Source of the DNA: a virus
Direction: 5' to 3' (one strand)
Length of the DNA stretch: 64,000 bases
Virus record (IMG/VR): IMGVR_UViG_3300037189_005453
Location: 1-64,000 of that record
This document shows positions 51,801 through 60,553 of the stretch, in pieces; within the stretch, counting starts at the first letter, position 1, and every line of letters begins with the position of its first letter. Position numbers and translations under genes: made by a program. Under the pieces are notes generated by a model. The model was not told the origin of the DNA, did no database searches, and was given only the letters and a program-made list of their open reading frames with translations.

Positions 51801-52983
51801 CAATAACCCAGATTCCGTTGTAGTTTGCTCCACTAGATACCAGAACATTTCGTAGGTGGATTCGCTGTCCAGGAACTGGGGACATTGTGAGATTGCTGTC
51901 TGAGAGGCTGAGGGTAAACCCGAGATCAGTTGCAGTTGCTGAAGCTCCCGTAACGGCTGTTCCAGTCAAAGTACTCAGAATAGTAAACTGCGTGCTGTTG
52001 GCAGTAGCAATGGTTGCAGAAACAAGGTTGAACGCTGTTGTTGAAAGTCCTGTGATTGTTACGACTTGGCCAGGTACAAAAGTGTTAGCAGCCGTGTAAG
52101 TGATTTTTGTGCCAGAAGCAACAGCAGCAGTAATAGTCGCAGTTTGAATGGAGATTCCCGTGACATTTGCCATTGGGCGATACCAAACGGTGTTCTTACC
52201 AAAATTGTCGTATCCAACATACGCCACAGGGAATGTTCCGTTAAAAGCTGACGACTTGTATTTAACTGCTCGCTTACCAACAAACCCGTCAGCCTCGTCT
52301 GGCATAGAGTTAACAATAACCTGGTTGTACTTCCCCGTAGCAGGCACGGAGTCAGCTGTAAACGGGTGATCATTAGGAACAATGATTTTTGCATAGTTAC
52401 CCAGAGTAACGGTTCCAGTTCCAGAGGCCGTGCCTGAAACAGCAGCAGAGACTTGGAAAGTAGTCGGAGTTACAGCCGTAATAGCGGCGTTAGTCAAGTT
52501 AAAGGCTGTGTTAGAAAAGCCAGTAATGGTTACTTGCTCTCCAACAACAAAAGTATTAGCACACGTGTAAGTAACAACAGATCCCGTTCCAGTTGCACCC
52601 GTAGCAGTAAAAGTACCTGGCTCAATAATTGCTCCACCAATGTAACCCGCGTAACCCTGGGAGCTTGTGATCTGAAGCTCAGTGCTTGCACTCACATAGT
52701 TTGCTGGACGGTAGCCGTACATTGCGGCCAAGTTAAGAAGCGAGTCCCTTTGAGTAGCCGTAAGAAGGTACGTCTCATTTGCAATTCGGTCAATGTAGTA
52801 GTTTACCAAGTCTCCCATATAGGCAAAAGACTCGACCAATGCCAAACCAAAGTCGTTGGGGTCTGTGCCCTGCCAGTCAGGAACACGGTTTTGAACGCGC
52901 TTGATCAGCTCATTTCTAATCGCGTAGTAATCGCGACCAGTGTAGTCTACAGAAATCGGGGTGTTACTAGCGGCGGCGGTCAT
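48838..52983 (-). CDS. baseplate J-like wedge protein with multiple inserted beta-repeat domains
   Basis: DYTGRDY, FGDGISG, GGADPES, RAVTLEDF. Confidence 0.9.
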   Translation of the reverse strand: MTAAASNTPISVDYTGRDYYAIRNELIKRVQNRVPDWQGTDPNDFGLALVESFAYMGDLVNYYIDRIANETYLLTATQRDSLLNLAAMYGYRPANYVSASTELQITSSQGYAGYIGGAIIEPGTFTATGATGTGSVVTYTCANTFVVGEQVTITGFSNTAFNLTNAAITAVTPTTFQVSAAVSGTASGTGTVTLGNYAKIIVPNDHPFTADSVPATGKYNQVIVNSMPDEADGFVGKRAVKYKSSAFNGTFPVAYVGYDNFGKNTVWYRPMANVTGISIQTATITAAVASGTKITYTAANTFVPGQVVTITGLSTTAFNLVSATIATANSTQFTILSTLTGTAVTGASATATDLGFTLSLSDSNLTMSPVPGQRIHLRNVLVSSGANYNGIWVIDSVTPETSTTPLQVYIRTTYVDPITSFSTDASISSAKVTTISGTDYLMYSAWNGFVTGETVTITGFVDKTATVTAASAGYTASSVTATVTAASAAGGTVTYTANNSFTNGQYVSITGISTTAFNLTNVQIATASSTQFTVTNSATGAGVTGATATATIQLPTVTYTATNSFAAGQTVSVTGLSTTAFNLTNVLVNTATSSQFTVLNSATGGSVTGATASATVAGTLFNLANKVITSRKNVEAIVSRATVTTGVPTYYVSQAFAVGDYVTTRSIASAGNEVAQDDLGYNLTDQTITAVGTVPFTINSVVGASPSSGRITFQTSSTHSFLTNDYVTITGVANLADTTVTSTNVYNLVAAKILAVPTPTSFVVEGYWTQTYDAVNSTSPTATMYSFTIGGANVFGECRSSGSAVSEYFTIAKPSGFSGSWASSTNALATPVVGGTYTSGGEIVYANIPTLVTSGPYVTAVGSTIVPKGTQVSTNVTVEGVTKQIIFSTLSDLSVPFRSSASVLARHGEDVSLRTENAANSVAKPYDIAGELLGFSDGSADQSFALKEVEVATRDVRVFVDTSISWEEWLQVEHVNDYTPSSKVFQVDVLASGEVRATFGDGISGMIPNRDSGIKAVYFAGGGAIGNVSAGSLTTWNSVVGVNSDTIKNSMTVTNTAAAVGGADPESNDSIRYNAPKSLRALNRAVTLEDFSNLALSVDGIVKANAVANSRSSVTIYIAPTSGGETTPGVDDAGIATTAMAQYKGYVADYLASKKQIGTTVTVLEPVYSPIHVELQYSLLPQYNQGLVETAIKQSILDSFSYDNLTFADVITPEEVEFKIRQVDGVANARVVGLYRDGGNGRNSLIGDPYELFVFSGSDIGITATSTNANLIAPVTITAYDSSGTSLGAGTISPTINSGVYSYTLALPYNSAKINIVASTNDALASVSVNDNIATEATVGGTTTYTVSNLKVPDTTLIIVVTAQDGVTVNSYKFKVSVATS

Positions 52984-53387
52984 TGCGTGAGCTCCTGGTA
53001 GGGGGGATTAATATCTGAGATAACCATGACACCAGCTTGAGTTGTTACCTGGGTCTTGTTTGGCAAAGAATATGTAACCTGAATTTGAAGAACATTTTCT
53101 GTGTTGTTATACACAGTAGTGATATCGATTACAGAAAGGAGGGGCAAAAAATCTACAAAGACCCTGCGGACATCTCGCTCTACAACGTCTTTAAATCCAT
53201 CAACCGTGTTAAACAACGAAGAAGGAACTCGAGTCCCATAGCCTGGGCGCATCACCCTCTCACCAAGATTGGTTTCAATAGCCATCTTTACGCGGCTAGA
53301 CCAAATTGTTTCTTGGGAGGTGGTAGTTACAATTGACCCAGTAAACGGGTCCAAACTAAATGGCAACACCAACGCAACTTCTGCCAT
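52980..53387 (-). CDS. baseplate wedge gp25/GPW-like protein
   Basis: TNLGERVMRPGYG. Confidence 0.88.
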   Translation of the reverse strand: MAEVALVLPFSLDPFTGSIVTTTSQETIWSSRVKMAIETNLGERVMRPGYGTRVPSSLFNTVDGFKDVVERDVRRVFVDFLPLLSVIDITTVYNNTENVLQIQVTYSLPNKTQVTTQAGVMVISDINPPYQELTQ

Positions 53388-53388
53388 G

Positions 53389-54666
53389 TTAACCTACGTT
53401 CTTCCATCTTTTGGGGGTAGTCAAGTAGCCTTGATTTGATTCCGAGGGGTACGGGGTGTAGTCCTGGAGCTGAACAGAGTCAAGGCTGAATGATAGTGCA
53501 GCACTAGATCCGTTTTGAACGCTCTGCTCTAAGTTTACCGTGCCAGCGCCCGTATCGGTCCTTGTTCTAAAAGGAGTTTGAACAACTGCGTCTCCGATTC
53601 CATCCGTAGAAACAGCAAGTTCAATCATGTAGTCACCAATTTTGTGAAACTGATGTTTTGCTTCATTAATGATCCAGAACCCATCAGTAGTTGCGCTAGT
53701 TCCCGCAACATACGTAGTTCCGAAAGGACGGATACGTGGGTCTCCCTGTCCTTTAATTGTTGCTGGAATTCCAAACCTAGAAAGCTGCGCGGCAGCTTTT
53801 GCTGTTTCAGTTGCAGAAACTTGGTTGTTAATTACTTGGTCAGTTCTAAACTCCTCAAAAAGAACAGAACTTACCGTCTCACGAAGAGCGTCACCCGTGG
53901 TGTCTGGACTAGAGGAGGACAGGAGAATATTACCCGAGGCAATGTCTACACCTCCAACATTCTTAACAGTTCGGAAGTTATTTGAGCTCTCTACGTTGTC
54001 TCCATAGATGATTTTAAACTCGTCAAGTGTGCGGTCTAGAAACTGAGTGTTAAAAGGAGCTCCAGCATTTCCAAGAGAAAGTACGGGGGCGTTTGAGAAC
54101 CCCATGTCAATCAATTTGTCAATCGGCCGAAACACAAACGTCATACCATCAACAATGATTCCATAACCAATTTTTTTGGCTTGTTCAGAAATCCACTCCC
54201 AGTAAGAGTTTCCCGTCATAGCAAGTTGAGGAAAAATCTGAGGGTGAGGATCAGTAATTACCTTGAACCCAAATTCCTGGGCAATTTTTGAAACAGCATC
54301 AGGAACTGTTGAGTCAGTAAAAACCCTAGTTGCACGTTGCTTCATAGGGAACGTGGAGCCAACGCACATGACGCGCATTACGTTGGTCCTTTGTGGGGAA
54401 TTCACCTTTGAAATAGAGGAGACGTACCCAATCCAATCTTTAGAAAGAGTATCTTGCCGCCAGCTAAACTGAACAGGAACTCCCGTCTTTAGTGTCTCAA
54501 ACCAGAGCGTACTTTCAGAAAGAAACTCAAGAATAAGAACATCGTGAGAGTACTGTTTTTGAAACAAGTCAATACTGGTTGGCTGCGCAGTAAGAGACGG
54601 CAAAGTAGGGAAGGTAACCTGGGTAGCGGTACCTCTCCTATACTTTGTTGCCAAAAGATCAGACAC
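53389..54666 (-). CDS. baseplate hub protein (gpD-like)
   Basis: SYWEWISEQAKKIG, GDPRIRP...GFWII..H. Confidence 0.75.
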   Translation of the reverse strand: MSDLLATKYRRGTATQVTFPTLPSLTAQPTSIDLFQKQYSHDVLILEFLSESTLWFETLKTGVPVQFSWRQDTLSKDWIGYVSSISKVNSPQRTNVMRVMCVGSTFPMKQRATRVFTDSTVPDAVSKIAQEFGFKVITDPHPQIFPQLAMTGNSYWEWISEQAKKIGYGIIVDGMTFVFRPIDKLIDMGFSNAPVLSLGNAGAPFNTQFLDRTLDEFKIIYGDNVESSNNFRTVKNVGGVDIASGNILLSSSSPDTTGDALRETVSSVLFEEFRTDQVINNQVSATETAKAAAQLSRFGIPATIKGQGDPRIRPFGTTYVAGTSATTDGFWIINEAKHQFHKIGDYMIELAVSTDGIGDAVVQTPFRTRTDTGAGTVNLEQSVQNGSSAALSFSLDSVQLQDYTPYPSESNQGYLTTPKRWKNVG

Positions 54667-54934
54667 TCGGGATCCTCAAAGTAGTTCCAACAGGAATGCT
54701 GAACGGGTCAATAATTTCGGGATTAAAGTCCATAATCTTCCACCAGAAAACGGAGCTACCCAACAACTCGGACGCAACAATGTCGATGCGGTCTCCCTGC
54801 ACCCAGGTATACCAATAGAACTGGGCTCGAGCCTTAGGAAACTTCCTATAAACAGCAAGACGGTATGCCCCGTTTCTGGGATCTTGCACCTTAGTTATAA
54901 GCCCTTGGGCGTATCGGCTATCTGCATAAATCAT
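54659..54934 (-). CDS. LysM/tail X-like baseplate protein
   Basis: GDRIDIVA..LG...WWKIMDFNP..P..IPVGTTLRIP. Confidence 0.82.
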   Translation of the reverse strand: MIYADSRYAQGLITKVQDPRNGAYRLAVYRKFPKARAQFYWYTWVQGDRIDIVASELLGSSVFWWKIMDFNPEIIDPFSIPVGTTLRIPSV

Positions 54935-56415
54935 TAGTAATAGATCTTTCTTCCGTTTTTCCACATAAAGTCATCTTTAGAGGTTGTATCGGCGGGGTAG
55001 TCTGGGAGTCGAGCAAACGCAATATCCAAAGTAGAAAAAAGAGGAACCATACGTGAATCAAAAATGATGTGGTTTAGATTAAGCGAGTTAATTGTTCCCA
55101 AATACCTCATCTCTTTACCAAGGTGAAGTTCGACAGGAAGGGCAGGTAACCAACCCATGTCGGCCGTCTTTGTGCCTCGAAGATAACTGTTCATAGTAGT
55201 TCCCATCAATACCCGCAAAAGAGATTCTACGTCATACATGGTTCCGTGCTCATATAGTGCTTTAGCATCCAGAGCGGTCGGGTCATCGCTTACTATTGGG
55301 GGGACCGCGTAAATATCAGTGAGGCTGACTCCTGGTTTAAGTGCCCCATAGTTGTCAAAATACTGCATATCAAAAATTCGGTTAATTACGACCTGGAAAG
55401 ATATTGATCCTTGTGATCCCGAAACTCCCGCAAGGTTAAACATTTCCTGCCCGCTAGTCATGAGAGTAACGTCAACATTCGGTGCGGTGAAATAAGACAT
55501 CGCAACTGTTCCAGGGTTGTACTGGAACTGAAATCCGTAGTTGTGGTTATCGGACAAGTTTGCTGTATTTGCTGGATTTGATCCCGAGTTCCACGCCCTC
55601 AAAACCTGCTCTGATGTAACAATCATTCCTTTATTAGCTTTAGTTTGAGTCCATAGATCGCTAGCTTGTTGTACAGCTGAGGGGCGGTTGTTAGGGCCTT
55701 GAACTCGATTAACAAAGTTCGAATTACTACTAAAGTAGGCTTCATTAACAGCACTTGCGTTATAAAGGAGGTCGCCTCCTCCATTACTGAGTTTGGTTTT
55801 ATAAGCACCAATTGCTGTATTTGTAACCTTGTCTGCAGCAGCTACTACCTCATCAGCCGCAGACTGTTCGTTATTGCTCTTAAGGTTTTGATCCGCAAGA
55901 TGTGCAGCAACCAATTGCGTATAAAGTGTGTTCTTTTTTGTGTTTAACCCAGAAAGGGTTGTTTTTGCAGTTGACACAGCCTTTGCGTCTACGGATGTAG
56001 TTCCCACCCCACTAGCTCCTGTAACCGCAGTTCCTGTAGCCGCGTTTGTTACTGTGAACGCAGATGATGTTGCGCTAGCAATCTTGACATTACTTAAATT
56101 AAACGCTGCAGTTGAAAGTCCAGTAATACTGATTGTTTGGCCCGCAGTAAGAGCATTTGCGGCTGTATAGGTGACGACCCCACCGCTTGCTGACGCAGCA
56201 GTAATCGTTACAGATACTGGGGAAGCTTGCAAGGCATTAAGGAGAGTTGTCTGGGTAAAAATACTATCTTCTGTAGCCTTCAGCTGCTTAGACAAAGAAT
56301 CTGCATTCGTATCCAAGTTTGCAGTATTAGCGGCTATTTTTGCCACAGTTGTTGCAGATGCTTTTGCAGCGATCTTCTTGTCCCTAGCACTGGTTGCTTT
56401 TTTTGCAGTAGCCAT
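54934..56415 (-). CDS. tail tube initiator-like protein with one inserted beta-repeat
   Basis: FQFQYNPG...YLGTINSL..FDSRMVP; between tape measure and LysM genes. Confidence 0.7.
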   Translation of the reverse strand: MATAKKATSARDKKIAAKASATTVAKIAANTANLDTNADSLSKQLKATEDSIFTQTTLLNALQASPVSVTITAASASGGVVTYTAANALTAGQTISITGLSTAAFNLSNVKIASATSSAFTVTNAATGTAVTGASGVGTTSVDAKAVSTAKTTLSGLNTKKNTLYTQLVAAHLADQNLKSNNEQSAADEVVAAADKVTNTAIGAYKTKLSNGGGDLLYNASAVNEAYFSSNSNFVNRVQGPNNRPSAVQQASDLWTQTKANKGMIVTSEQVLRAWNSGSNPANTANLSDNHNYGFQFQYNPGTVAMSYFTAPNVDVTLMTSGQEMFNLAGVSGSQGSISFQVVINRIFDMQYFDNYGALKPGVSLTDIYAVPPIVSDDPTALDAKALYEHGTMYDVESLLRVLMGTTMNSYLRGTKTADMGWLPALPVELHLGKEMRYLGTINSLNLNHIIFDSRMVPLFSTLDIAFARLPDYPADTTSKDDFMWKNGRKIYY

Positions 56416-56418
56416 TTA

Positions 56419-58905
56419 TTAAATACTCCCCGTGTTAGACATAAGCGTGTTGTTGTCTAGGTATCCCTTAACAAGTTGGGCAAACTTCAAAGCGTCTGCT
56501 GATGTCACATCAGGAACCTGCACTGTGATCGCCACGTTGTTATTGTAATTAGTTCCCGCAGCCCCATCCGCAGCCTGTGCTGCTGCAGGTGTCGTGGCGG
56601 GCCCAGGTCCAGCGGTAGGATCTTGCAGGTATTTCTGCCAGTCTGAAGAAGACACCCCAAGATTAACAGCCATTTTTTGTACGGCGGAGTTAATTCCCGA
56701 TTCAGTACCCGAGTAAAGCCCTTGAAGGATTCCCATAGCATTTGTAGCAGCAGTGGGTGTAGCCGACGCAGTGTTTGCTTGGCTCAGTACTGAGTTGTAC
56801 GTTGATTGATCAGAAGCACTCACTCCTGAAGTCGATGAGTCAGAAGAAGAGCTACTAGAAGAACTACTAGAAGAGCTTGTGCCTTTATCCCATGTCACAG
56901 CACTCTTTGAGCCGTCTGTTTGGATTTGAGAAATAGCATCAAGAGTAAGGTTTTTTCCACCCCGTCCGCTACCCTCACGAAGTTCGAAGTGAAGGTGAGA
57001 CCCAGTAGAACGTCCAGTGTTACCCTGGTAACCAATGATGTCGCCTTTTGTAACGACTTGTCCTTTAGATACTTTAACAGACTTGAGGTGACCGTAAACA
57101 CTTGTGTACTGGTTGACACCTTTTTTATTCGATGTTTGATGCAGAATCGACACGTAATTTCCAAGACCACCATTAGGCCACTCGTTTCCGTGGCCAGTAA
57201 CGGCCTCAAGTACCTTACCGTCTCCAACAGCTCGAACGGGGTTTCCATCTCCCAGGAGAAAGTCGGTTCCATCGTGGGGGGTGCTATGCACGTCGTCTAC
57301 TTCGCCAAGGTGGGTCGAAATTGTTTTCCCATTAAATTGATCGAGAGAGAACTCAGGATAACCCAAAATAGTGGGGTTAGCTGCGCTCATAGTGGCAAGG
57401 GCGTTGTAAGAAGTAGTCCATGCAGAGCCGTAGTCTGGCCCACCACGACCGTATTTTTCCCCTCCGCTAGCTCCATTCCCCCCCATATTTCCAAGCATTA
57501 CACTGCCAGCCGCTCCAAGCCCTAATCCAACGGCCATGTTAGCTGCGTATCCAGCAATTGCAATTCCAGAAGGGATTGCGTTAAACGGAGTGGTATTAGC
57601 GGCCTGGTTTACAATTGCACCAATGCCCTTGCTCGCGTAATCTACGGTACTTGTGATTCCAGATACAGCACCACTAAAACTTTTGTTTCCAAACAGTGTT
57701 TGGATCATTGCTGAAGCACTACCCAAAGCTCGAGCAAAACCACCAGAAACATCTGTTAATACACCAAGCGCTTTAGTTGCCGAGTTAATTCCGCTAATGT
57801 ACGGATCTTCAGCATTTCCCATTGCACCCGTTTGTTTGTTTGCCAAAGTCATTTGCGCATTAAGGGGGTTAATGTTTCCCTTACTTCCAATGCTTTGGTC
57901 AAGAGGCGTTGCCGATGACAAGTCCATGTTTTTTCCGCCAGCGCGGTCAATCATGTATTGTTTAAACATTTGTGCGCCCTGTTGGTCCCCTTGGAAGAAG
58001 GAGTCAATCGTCACACCAAGCGCACCACGACGAATAGAGGCTTGAGTCTGCTCTACTGTTGCTTGACCACGTCCAGCAGTTAGCCTCTGCGCCAATTCCT
58101 CAAAAATATCTTTTTGAGTTTTTTCCTGACCAGTGTCAAGTTTGGCTGTGTAGATACCAAAGTTTCGCAGCATCGAGGAAGCACCCTGAGCAGAAGTCAA
58201 TCCCTCAATAGAGGCTGCAGCTTCTTCGTTGGAGATGTTCATGTAGCGTGCAGCGTTTGCCACTGATCTCAACGTTTGCTGATATACCCCGTTAGCGTTT
58301 GAGGAGGCAGTCATTCCACGACCAGCAAGGAACTGAGCAACGTTTGCGTCTGATCCAGCAGACGTCATACCGTTCATACGTGACAAAGTTCCGTATGTCA
58401 TGTTTTGCAGCGACTGCCTATTCATGACATTTCCACCACGAACACCCGCGTTGTAGTAGCTAGTGGCGCGGTTCATTGTGTCGCCAACTTGCGGAAGGAA
58501 GTTAGACGCAGCCGCAGACATATTTTCTAAGAACTTAGCTGTATCTGACAAGCCAAAGTTAGAAGACACAATTCCAGAGTCGCCGCCCTGAGGAGTAGAT
58601 GAGTAGTACTCTGGATTCTTTTTCAGATTGTTGTAGGCAATTCTTCCGCCAATAAATCCGCCAAGTTTTCCAAAAGGGCTCATTGGGTTAACGCCACTAG
58701 AGACGTTAGCCAAAGAGTTGTCCATTACTCCACCAGTGGAGCCATGTCCTGATTGTCCTCCAGTTGGAGACACCTTACCAGAACTCTTAGCGATGCCTCC
58801 CACAGCCTTTTCGGCTTTAGTCAGCGAACTTTCAATGCCCTGGGCATACCCCATGATTTTTTTCATGGAGGATTCTAGGGATTTAAAGTCTGCGGCTTCA
58901 GACAT
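56419..58905 (-). CDS. tape measure protein with M23 peptidase domain
   Basis: HDGTDF, YGHL, GNTGRSTGSHLHFE; position after chaperones. Confidence 0.85.
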   Translation of the reverse strand: MSEAADFKSLESSMKKIMGYAQGIESSLTKAEKAVGGIAKSSGKVSPTGGQSGHGSTGGVMDNSLANVSSGVNPMSPFGKLGGFIGGRIAYNNLKKNPEYYSSTPQGGDSGIVSSNFGLSDTAKFLENMSAAASNFLPQVGDTMNRATSYYNAGVRGGNVMNRQSLQNMTYGTLSRMNGMTSAGSDANVAQFLAGRGMTASSNANGVYQQTLRSVANAARYMNISNEEAAASIEGLTSAQGASSMLRNFGIYTAKLDTGQEKTQKDIFEELAQRLTAGRGQATVEQTQASIRRGALGVTIDSFFQGDQQGAQMFKQYMIDRAGGKNMDLSSATPLDQSIGSKGNINPLNAQMTLANKQTGAMGNAEDPYISGINSATKALGVLTDVSGGFARALGSASAMIQTLFGNKSFSGAVSGITSTVDYASKGIGAIVNQAANTTPFNAIPSGIAIAGYAANMAVGLGLGAAGSVMLGNMGGNGASGGEKYGRGGPDYGSAWTTSYNALATMSAANPTILGYPEFSLDQFNGKTISTHLGEVDDVHSTPHDGTDFLLGDGNPVRAVGDGKVLEAVTGHGNEWPNGGLGNYVSILHQTSNKKGVNQYTSVYGHLKSVKVSKGQVVTKGDIIGYQGNTGRSTGSHLHFELREGSGRGGKNLTLDAISQIQTDGSKSAVTWDKGTSSSSSSSSSSSSDSSTSGVSASDQSTYNSVLSQANTASATPTAATNAMGILQGLYSGTESGINSAVQKMAVNLGVSSSDWQKYLQDPTAGPGPATTPAAAQAADGAAGTNYNNNVAITVQVPDVTSADALKFAQLVKGYLDNNTLMSNTGSI

Positions 58906-58908
58906 GCT

Positions 58909-59043
58909 TTAGTTCCTTACTGTGGCTTTTTTAAAACTAGAGGAAAGATCCATCCAGTTTTTTCTTTCTCTAGGAGAAAGTGACTTTATTTCTTCTAATG
59001 ACCATCCTGGGAAAAGAGTGCTAAGTACAAGCCAATCCATCAT
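58909..59043 (-). CDS. tail assembly chaperone, C-terminal part
   Basis: FPGWSLEEIKSLSPRERKNW. Confidence 0.65.
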   Translation of the reverse strand: MMDWLVLSTLFPGWSLEEIKSLSPRERKNWMDLSSSFKKATVRN

Positions 59044-59065
59044 CAGAGCTTCATATGAAGATACT

Positions 59066-59881
59066 TTAGAATCGAAACAAGGTTCCGAGATTAAACGGAA
59101 CCACAACCTTTCCGTCCTCGCAGTCTGAACAATCGATTACAATGTCTTCAAACTGTGGGCCAGGTAGGCGATTTGCCAACTCTGTAGTGATTTTGTTTCG
59201 ATCAGCAATACCGAGTTCCTGAACTTGTGCTTTTCCTAAAACAGGCTGGCCATCGATTTCAAGAATTGTGTTTTGCAAGAGAATGGTGTTTCTTTCACCA
59301 GTTGTTTTGCTATCTGTTTCTGCAAGTTCTTTCTGTACAAGACCAGTAGGAAGAGTTACAAGGAATTCTTTTTTACGGCCGTGGACTGTAAACGTACGGT
59401 CATCAATTGGGTCTACCAAGATTTTAGTCTTAACATCTCGGTTGATGTCAATTGCAACAACCTTAATTTCGTTGCATTCACTGCAAATACCAGGAAGCTC
59501 TACATCGCTTCCGAAAGACGCCTTCCAGATACCCAAGAGCAAAGCATCGCGATCCCCAATAATCAAAGAGTTAAGGATCTTCTCGTTTACTGGCTCTCCC
59601 CCAATGGAGACTGTGGCTCGAGCAAGGACCGTGTTATACGCCTTTGCTCCACCACCCGATTTGCCAATGATCTCTTCATCACGACCGTTTAGTTCACGAA
59701 CCTCTGCGGTCTTGGCGACCTCCCCGTCTGGCTTAATGTAGCCAGCGGGAAGGTCAACCAAGGTATCCGAAGGAGGGGTAATTACTACGGGTTGTTCTTC
59801 GACCTTTGTTGTTGCGGAGAGCACTGTTTCAATGAGGTCATTGTTAAGTGCGGCTCCACTTGCGGTCTTTACGTTTTCCAT
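59066..59881 (-). CDS. tail assembly chaperone / T4 gp26-like protein
   Basis: LPAG..EVRELNGRDEE..GDRDALL..CSEC..CSDC. Confidence 0.75.
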   Translation of the reverse strand: MENVKTASGAALNNDLIETVLSATTKVEEQPVVITPPSDTLVDLPAGYIKPDGEVAKTAEVRELNGRDEEIIGKSGGGAKAYNTVLARATVSIGGEPVNEKILNSLIIGDRDALLLGIWKASFGSDVELPGICSECNEIKVVAIDINRDVKTKILVDPIDDRTFTVHGRKKEFLVTLPTGLVQKELAETDSKTTGERNTILLQNTILEIDGQPVLGKAQVQELGIADRNKITTELANRLPGPQFEDIVIDCSDCEDGKVVVPFNLGTLFRF

Positions 59882-59901
59882 TTTATTCTCCTAATTAGTT
59901 G

Positions 59902-60534
59902 TTACTTGAACGCGGGTGCAGACCCATTAAGGGTGAGGTCAGTTCCCCACGACATGTCAAAGCCCTCGTGAACCAGAGTGATCTGCTCAACGAAAAGGGC
60001 GTTGTCACCAGCGTTAAGGTCCGAGTATGAAACGCTGGTAGGCCATGCGTTGTATACCTGGAAACGGGCTGAGACGTGATCCTTGTAGTTAGCTACGGTA
60101 AGGTCAACGTTTGATCCACCAGAGCCTGCGATTGGGTGTGTCAGAACCTCAATCTCAACATCCGCACGGAAGTTTTCGCCAAGTGTAGAGGCAGTTCCCT
60201 GCTGAACAGTTGCGAACAACTTACGCATCCAGTCCCAGTGCTGCGAGGTTCCGAGAACGACACCGCGCTGCAAAGTAATGGGTGAGAAGGTTGTCTGACC
60301 AGGAATCTGGTGAACAGTCGTGTTGTATCCGCCTTCACGGTAAGGGATGCTGTCGGTGTTAACCGACAGACCCGATACCGACGTAAAGCCAATAGTAACC
60401 TTTGTGTTCTTGTACCATGAGCCACCTGCATTGGTTCCAGTTGCAAGAGGCTTAAATGTGACCAGGAATCGGAAATTCCTAATCGGATCCGTCTCGAGAG
60501 TCGAGCGGTTGTTGATAATAGTTGGACCAGCCAT
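59902..60534 (-). CDS. tail tube protein (T4 gp19-like)
   Basis: DPIRNFRF, YREGG, ITLQRG, NAWP, EQITLVHEG. Confidence 0.93.
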   Translation of the reverse strand: MAGPTIINNRSTLETDPIRNFRFLVTFKPLATGTNAGGSWYKNTKVTIGFTSVSGLSVNTDSIPYREGGYNTTVHQIPGQTTFSPITLQRGVVLGTSQHWDWMRKLFATVQQGTASTLGENFRADVEIEVLTHPIAGSGGSNVDLTVANYKDHVSARFQVYNAWPTSVSYSDLNAGDNALFVEQITLVHEGFDMSWGTDLTLNGSAPAFK

Positions 60535-60553
60535 TTACTATTTTCTCCTTCGG

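Noticed and set aside
56830-56880. Short tandem DNA repeat (CTACTAGAAGA x2)
   Set aside because: Explained by the poly-Ser linker in the tape measure protein
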